64,000 bases of DNA from Takakia lepidozioides. Taxonomy: Eukaryota > Plantae > Bryophyta. Position numbers and translations under genes: made by a program. Below are positions 57,660 through 64,000 of this stretch, in pieces. How positions within the stretch are numbered: position 1 is the stretch's first letter; each line of letters opens with the position of its first letter. The notes beneath the pieces were generated by a model. That model worked only from the letters and a program-made list of their open reading frames with translations, made no database searches and was not told the origin of the DNA. The stretch lies in contig CM060731.1 in NCBI GenBank assembly GCA_030704615.1, positions 76,446,001-76,510,000 of the forward strand, written 5' to 3'.

Positions 57660-58771
57660 CGGTAGTCGCTAGAATATAGAACATGATCACTAGCAAAATA
57701 ATCAGGGCCACTGTAACTTTCTTGCACAAGGACTTTTCTTGGGCGAAACAAAATGTTTGTGTTAAGCAGAATTTTAATCCCGGATATTGGGGTATGAGCC
57801 CATAGAGTTGAAGATAAAACAGAACCGGCATTTATCTGAAAAAATGCACGGTCTCTCTTGCAGGGGACAATAACGTTAATGTGTCCCTTGACAACGAATT
57901 ACAGTGTTCATAGTAATTTTTTCGAAGGGTGGATATGGGAAGGGATGACAATGGTCACTGATTCTGAAGTTGAGGTGTGCAGGCCTAGCGTGTCGAGGCT
58001 CTCGGGGTTGTATTGAGACATGTATAGCCTCCGGAGCTGCAGGATTGGGTCGCACAGCATTTTAATTCTGAACTACAGTAACCATCAATATGAAAGCAAG
58101 CTACGACAAAGCCTCAACGCAGCCTTAGAGTGCGGCGTGGAGTGCAACGGCAATCAGAGGGGGATCGGGGTAGTGCCCAATATTCGTACCGATTTTTCGC
58201 TGATGCGCCAGGCCCAACGGCATCGGCTGTTTATAAGTTAAAATGGCTCCAGGCTCACGTGTTACTATTAAGCTGACTGATCTGAAGATTGAGTGGAAGT
58301 AGCTGATGGGTGTTGTGCAGTACAATTGCAGGGTTCCACATAAGAATAGTAGATGACATCTGCTTTGTGATGAAAATGTCGAGCCATGCACAGTAAGTGG
58401 ATATGTGTGGGAAGTCTCCCTCGGACGATAAGGTAACGATTTGACCCAACCTCCACAAATGTTTGTATGCACTAAAGTAGTATGCAAACTTCCCTATATA
58501 TATACTTGATCCAGATTCACAGCGCCTCATGAACGATCTAACGTCTAAGAATAATTATGTATCCGCATGATTTTCAAGAGTTTTGATATTCAGAAATCTT
58601 TATAGTATTTCAACTTTACTCCATGTTTATTTTATATCTGTTTCTGGCCGGCCAGCCTGATCTCCTCATGATTCAACTAGAGAGAGACATGACTCCACTA
58701 GCGTACATAAAAGTCTCTTCCCCATGCGGATTCAACTAACTAGATTTTGACAATTAGCTGATATCTGGGGA

Positions 58772-59744
58772 TCACAGAGTGCTAATATCAAAGAAACTAG
58801 GCACACCAGCTTCCAGCTTCGAAATCACTCTGTCGCCCACTCCCAAGGACTTCTTCAGGACTGCATAGGGGATGTTGGCGTGAAATATTTGGTTTGCGAC
58901 AAACAGAAATCCCGGATATTGGGCATTTAGTGAGTTGAAGGTACTCGCAGTTGTGTTGCCGGCATTTATCTGAAAATGGACAGACCCTCTTGGGAAGATA
59001 ATGAGGTCTCCCTTTTGCAAGGTTTGTGCATAGAGCACATTATCATAGCTCACAAAGCCTGCGTACACCGATCCGTCCAAAACGAAGAGTGTTTCGGTAG
59101 CCAAAGGATGGATGTGAGGAGGGATGACACCACCGATTCCGAAGTCAAGTCGTGCATGCGAGAGGCCTAGCGTGTTGATCCCCGGGAATTCTTTAACGGT
59201 TGCCAGTGTGGGAGAAGCATTGGTCCCTGTACTTGAGGGGGGGCCTGGCAGGCATGAAAATACAGAATTAGATCTTCAACTTGAAAGTCCAGACTTCAAA
59301 GACGTCTTTGACTCATGATGGATCCAAAGAGATTAAAATATCACTTGAGGTGTACACTTATCTTCTTAATCTAGCATGAAAAGGAAAGCTACCAACTAGT
59401 AGCCCAGTTAACACTTCTAGCTGCGACATACAACTTTCAAGAAGTAGTCAATCAACATATTCGTACACAGTTCAAATCCATCGCAAGTGAAAGTTAAGGA
59501 GCGCACCAGCCGGCCCGCGCAAACCCGTGAACACAAAGTCTTTGGAGGTGACAGATCCCCGCTCTTTGCATGCGAAACCATTCATATGTGACGCAGTCTT
59601 CGAAAAGTCTGCTACACAGAAGTCCTGCAAGGGATCGGGGTCTGCTGCTTGTACGATCATAGTGGCCATACTTGTAATGCACAAAGTTAAAACGATCGCT
59701 CTTGATACCATGTGGGCGGTACTGCAAGGTCCCAGTTTCTCCAT
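58772..59744 (-). CDS. Germin-like protein (cupin), 2 exons (59507-59744, 58772-59244)
   Basis: Signal peptide, then ADPDPLQDFCVAD, NGFACK, DFVFTGL, FPGINTLGLS.ARLDF..GG.IPPHIHPLATE and FPRGSVHFQ.N. Mn-ligand H/H/E/H residues are retained and the GT-AG intron joins in frame. Confidence 0.92.
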
Positions 59745-62694
59745 AGCTCGAGAAACAAGTCAGCTAGACAAGTACACGATCAGCTCAGCTCTCAAGAACT
59801 TGCACAGTGATTGAAGAGCTTAACTATATCCGACTGCTATATATTGTAGTATTGCTGACCTGAACTTTGCAGTACACGGGGCAGTACAGAGAACTGTTGA
59901 GTTCGGTTTGTGCTGTTGAGCTCAGCATTATGGCACTTTTATGGGCAGTGCAGATGAGTTGCAACCTGCAAACAAGCCCGGCCCCAGCTGACGACTGATT
60001 TGCGTGCTCTGCAAGCCGCCCTCTGTGATGCAGCATCTGCGATCCTGCAGCTGCCTCCAGCGTCGTGTCAACGCAGTTCCGAAGGGTAGATTCTGGATAC
60101 GCGACATATTGATATTACGATATAAATGTTTTGAGGCTCCCGGTGAGGAATTTACAGGGGAGATGCAGGGTTTAATCCTTCATGGATAGGTAGTGAAAAC
60201 CCGTTCCACGAATGCCTATAGTGTAACCTGGGTTCGTGTTACCCTTTATACTTAGCTAAATTTGGGCTTAGTCAAAAATTTCTCCCTGGGTGATCCTGGG
60301 TTCGATCCTTCAACATGTGCCTTCAAATCGTCCATTGGCCCCTCTATGCGCTGTGTGTTGAGCAGTAGGCGCTGTAAATTCACTGGACGTCAAAGAAACT
60401 TTATCTTTATCCCTTCAAAATGACCCCCTGACCACCCACATTGGAGTGTCCCCCCTTATTGCAGTTACACTTCCTTGAGTTCGTCCGGTGGTGACGTACA
60501 TTGCCCATTGGAGTTACACTCCCTTCAGTTCAATGTCACAATGTACCATCTTATCAGAGATCGCATTAAGTTCTTACATAGTTCCTAGTGTTCTCCCATA
60601 TGACTTTGCAAAAATATTCATCCTTAGATATAGATGAGATTATGTCAAATTTAAAATAAAATCCTAATGGCCTTGCTTGGGCTGTTAGTTGTACTTAACA
60701 AGCATGAGGGGCCAATGGTCTTGGCATGCATTTGATGATGCCAACTGCCGACAATTAAGCGAATTTCAAAATTTATCTTGATATTTTCTTTTAATTGTTT
60801 TTAATCTAAGCAAATGTTATTTGTGGTGTCACTTGGGTAGACCCCTTCTGAGGACACCCAACCCTCCCCCAAGAAAGTCCCCAAAGGTCCCCACACATTA
60901 AGTAATCAGTTGCCCGGATGCCCCTATCTATAGATGGATTGGCCGTAATGGGTAACATCCAACACACACCTATGGGGCTATGAGGCTTGGAACCCACGGC
61001 CATTTGTAACGCGGTTGCCCTCACTCCCCCCCAAGGTCCATGTACCCATACTTACATTCTTGAACCGCCGACTATCTCGGTGCAAACGGGCTAAGTAACC
61101 AATTGACCCGGGTATCCCTTTTTATGGCTGGATTGGCCATCGTGGGTAATGTCTAACATACACCCATGTGGCTATGGTTCTTGGCAACGGTCACAACCAT
61201 TTGTAAAGCGGCCTCGTCCCCTATGGTTCAGAAGGTGTGCTAGATGAACCGTGTTTGCTATCTCATGAACTTGGAACATATATTTGTGCTCGCTAATAAC
61301 TAGAACTTACTTTGGTGCATGTGCAGATTTGTGCCTTATGGCAAGTGGTGCAGGTTTACATGTATGTTGCAGAGACTCCGCCTTAAACCCGGATATATAT
61401 GTGGATCTGCAGGTCAAAAAGTGAAATATCCGCCTCTGTTAGGAACCGTCTGATATGAGGAGCTGATATAACCACCATCGGTTGAGAACCGGTTCTTTTG
61501 TAAAGTTTTTCTGTTTGATTTGATCCCGAACTAGTGGCCCAAAGCTAGCCCAAAGAGGGAGGTCATGAACCTTTTATCCAGCATTGGAACCGGAGGTTAT
61601 AATGCCGATAGTAAGAGGTTATTGGATTCACTCATAGATGATGAGGCAGGTGGAGGTTGGGTAGCGTGTGAGCATATTCCCTAAGAATCCGGAGAATGTG
61701 CGATAGCGAAACCAAAATGTGCTCACTCGAAGAAAAAAATATTAAAATAAAAATTGATATGAGGCAATGTCTAACTTTAACTTTTGTGTTGAGATCCTCT
61801 AGTTCCACGGTTTTGGAGCTTTCTCATTTCTAACATCTTGCCAGTTGGCAGCAAATCTAATTTTTAAGCAACAAATGAGTTTATGTTTGGATGGGCAGCC
61901 TCTGGCAGCTCAATTTTGTGAAGGAAATAAAACTATCCAAATTCAAAAATGTAGTATATAAAAATGAAGAGAGGGCATGCTTGTCACCTGCGCTGGGGAT
62001 TGGTACTGCATGAGCATAAAAAAACCGTCCCGTGAGCATGATCCACAATTATGGGAGTGATATGTATGACAGCGGAAATACATATAATAGACGGACATAG
62101 GGTCTCTGCGTTAATAGGGTCTATATGGTGTCTAAACATAATCTTAAACATATAGAAGGAGCTTGAAAGGGAGAAACCTTGTTTTTAAAATAACCACAAA
62201 AACAAATACCAAATCCCAAATTTTGTCGACGAACCCAAGTTTCACTGGCGAAAATCCAAGTTTCTTTTGGCGAAACCCAAGATGCGTTTGTGTTTCGCTG
62301 GCGAAACCCTTTTTTTGGGTGGTTCTTGGGGATGTTCCACACACACACTTTTACCAAATGCCACATTGTTTACGCTCCCTGACCTTTGAGTTCTGGCAGA
62401 TATATTTGTGGGTCTTTGTGCTCACGTGAGTTAAGCATGGACAATTTCATAAGTTTTGTCACGTGAGCACGGTTTTCAGATAGTTTCGTTTTTTTTTTTT
62501 TTTTTTCGCTTCAGTCGGTACCCACACCCTTCTCATGAACCCTAGGTAATACTCTCGCATCCTACGGCTCCATTTCGAGATAGCTGATGAGTTGGAAGGG
62601 AATACCAAGCTGAATATGTACCCCAAACGCCCGATAAATCAAATCAGGTAGAGGCGAGCCGACGCTTAAGCGGCTGTCCAAATAGAAGTGGCAG

Positions 62695-62882
62695 CGTGCA
62701 TTGGGCCCACATGGCCATTGCATGCCCCTTCAAAGTGGCTATTGCATGTGGGGCGCACATGGCTATTGCATGCAACATCTAGCAAGCTGACTCAACTCAA
62801 CTAGCGTGGCTATTTGCATTGGGCCCACATGGCTATTGCATGCCCCTTGAAAGTGGCTATAGCATGGGGGGCCCACATGGAA
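62695..62882. repeat. Short imperfect tandem repeat
   Basis: TGCATTGGGCCCACATGGC.ATTGCATGCCCCTT.AAAGTGGCTAT occurs twice, with partial copies. Confidence 0.8.
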
Positions 62883-63866
62883 TCCATGCCAAGGAATGCT
62901 AGGGAAGGTTCTAGAAAGGAGGTGATTTTCGCAAGGTATAGCCCAAAGTGGGAGCTCAGGCAAGGACCAGAGGGTGCAGGAGGATCTAGGGTTCAAGTAG
63001 GGTGGGTGATTTCAAAGGTGAGGGAGGAGTGGGCCCAGGTCTACGTGCAGACAAGGAGATGGAAGGATTTTGGAAGACTGTGGTTTACTTGGGGCGGAAG
63101 GGTTGCTTGGTGTTGTGCTGACCGCACGACATGACTTGAGGGATGTACTGTAAATAAGTGGCGTACCCTTGCTTATTACATGCGCTGTAAAGACTGTTGA
63201 TGTAATGATGAACTGTCGAGGTTTTATGCCGACTTGTATTATTATTATGTCATGCTCTCCGTATTGAAGGTTAAATTTTCTGCTCGAAATTACATCTCCA
63301 ACGCGCTTGGCTGTATTCCATTGTGACAGGATACGCCTCTACACCGAATTTATATGACATGCGAAAGAGAATATGTACCCCAAGATAGTTTAAAACATAT
63401 AGAAAAGAAAGAAAGAGATTGTTTCTGTTTTTTATTCTTTTCGGTGCACTCGCTTTAGATCTACCCAAAAAAATAAAAATAAAATGATCTACAACAAGGA
63501 GAGACCGTCGTTGTGGCTAACGTCTGAGTAAAATCTCTAGCCCAGTTTTTCCTCCAGTGCGTGTCAATGAAAAGAAGAAGAGAGGGCTGCATCCCGAATC
63601 AATTCGGTCCGGTTTCTTATTTCTTTTTGGGGTAAAACTCAAGCAAACGTGGCGGCAACTGGTACGTGCCAGCTCTACATTTTGGATTAAACATAGGGTT
63701 TCGTCACAGGTAAGTATAACTAACTCGTTCCGTGAAAAATTGGTCCGAGAATAAGTAAGTGGCAACTCTCGAGATGAAAGACCCAAACACAGATTGTCGA
63801 GACACAGTCTCATTCAGGAAGTGCGGGCCGCGATAAGCCACGGTTTCCGAGTACTTTCTGGGGATG

Positions 63867-63940
63867 GACTCTGAAACGCGGAGCAGCTTCTGGGTAGTGC
63901 AGGTATGGGCGTAAGATAAGCTGCTCCGCGTTTCAGAGTC
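63867..63940. repeat. Perfect 23-bp inverted repeat with a 28-nt loop
   Basis: GACTCTGAAACGCGGAGCAGCTT (63867-63889) and AAGCTGCTCCGCGTTTCAGAGTC (63918-63940). Confidence 0.9.
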
Positions 63941-64000
63941 AGTAGCCTTGTCTACTGCGACCTCTTCTCGTTCCTTGGCCCTTCTCAACTTGCCCTTATC

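Overview
Eukaryotic, intron-containing plant nuclear DNA, most consistent with a bryophyte-grade land plant; the species cannot be determined from the sequence. Host genes seen: two intact single-exon F-box genes, a SAP-domain gene, a B12D/NDUFA4-like gene, a germin-like gene, tRNA-Ser(GCT) and tRNA-Cys(GCA). Pseudogenes or fragments seen: L-gulonolactone oxidase-like, CAD, SPT16, 4CL, PPR and F-box. There are also hAT-type MITEs and a tRNA-derived SINE. The main feature is a nest of two related Ty3/Gypsy retrotransposons at ~18-39 kb: a young, full-length 11.9-kb copy (23016-34929, minus strand, 4-bp TSD GTCT) inserted in opposite orientation into an older, 3'-truncated copy. The family combines five unusual traits. 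(1) A DNMT3-like C5 cytosine methyltransferase with all catalytic motifs lies between protease and RT. (2) A conserved UAG-CAA-CCA leaky-stop context separates Gag-PR-DNMT from RT-RNaseH-IN. (3) The integrase ends in a PHD finger. (4) There is no recognisable tRNA PBS; a covarying LTR/PBS complementarity suggests Tf1-like self-priming. (5) The termini are split direct repeats (B...A-GC-B-A) around a palindromic CA^GC^TG site, the structure expected if a DDE integrase opens and inserts a 2-LTR circle rather than linear cDNA. The mechanisms are inferences; the repeats, motifs and frames are read directly from the sequence.
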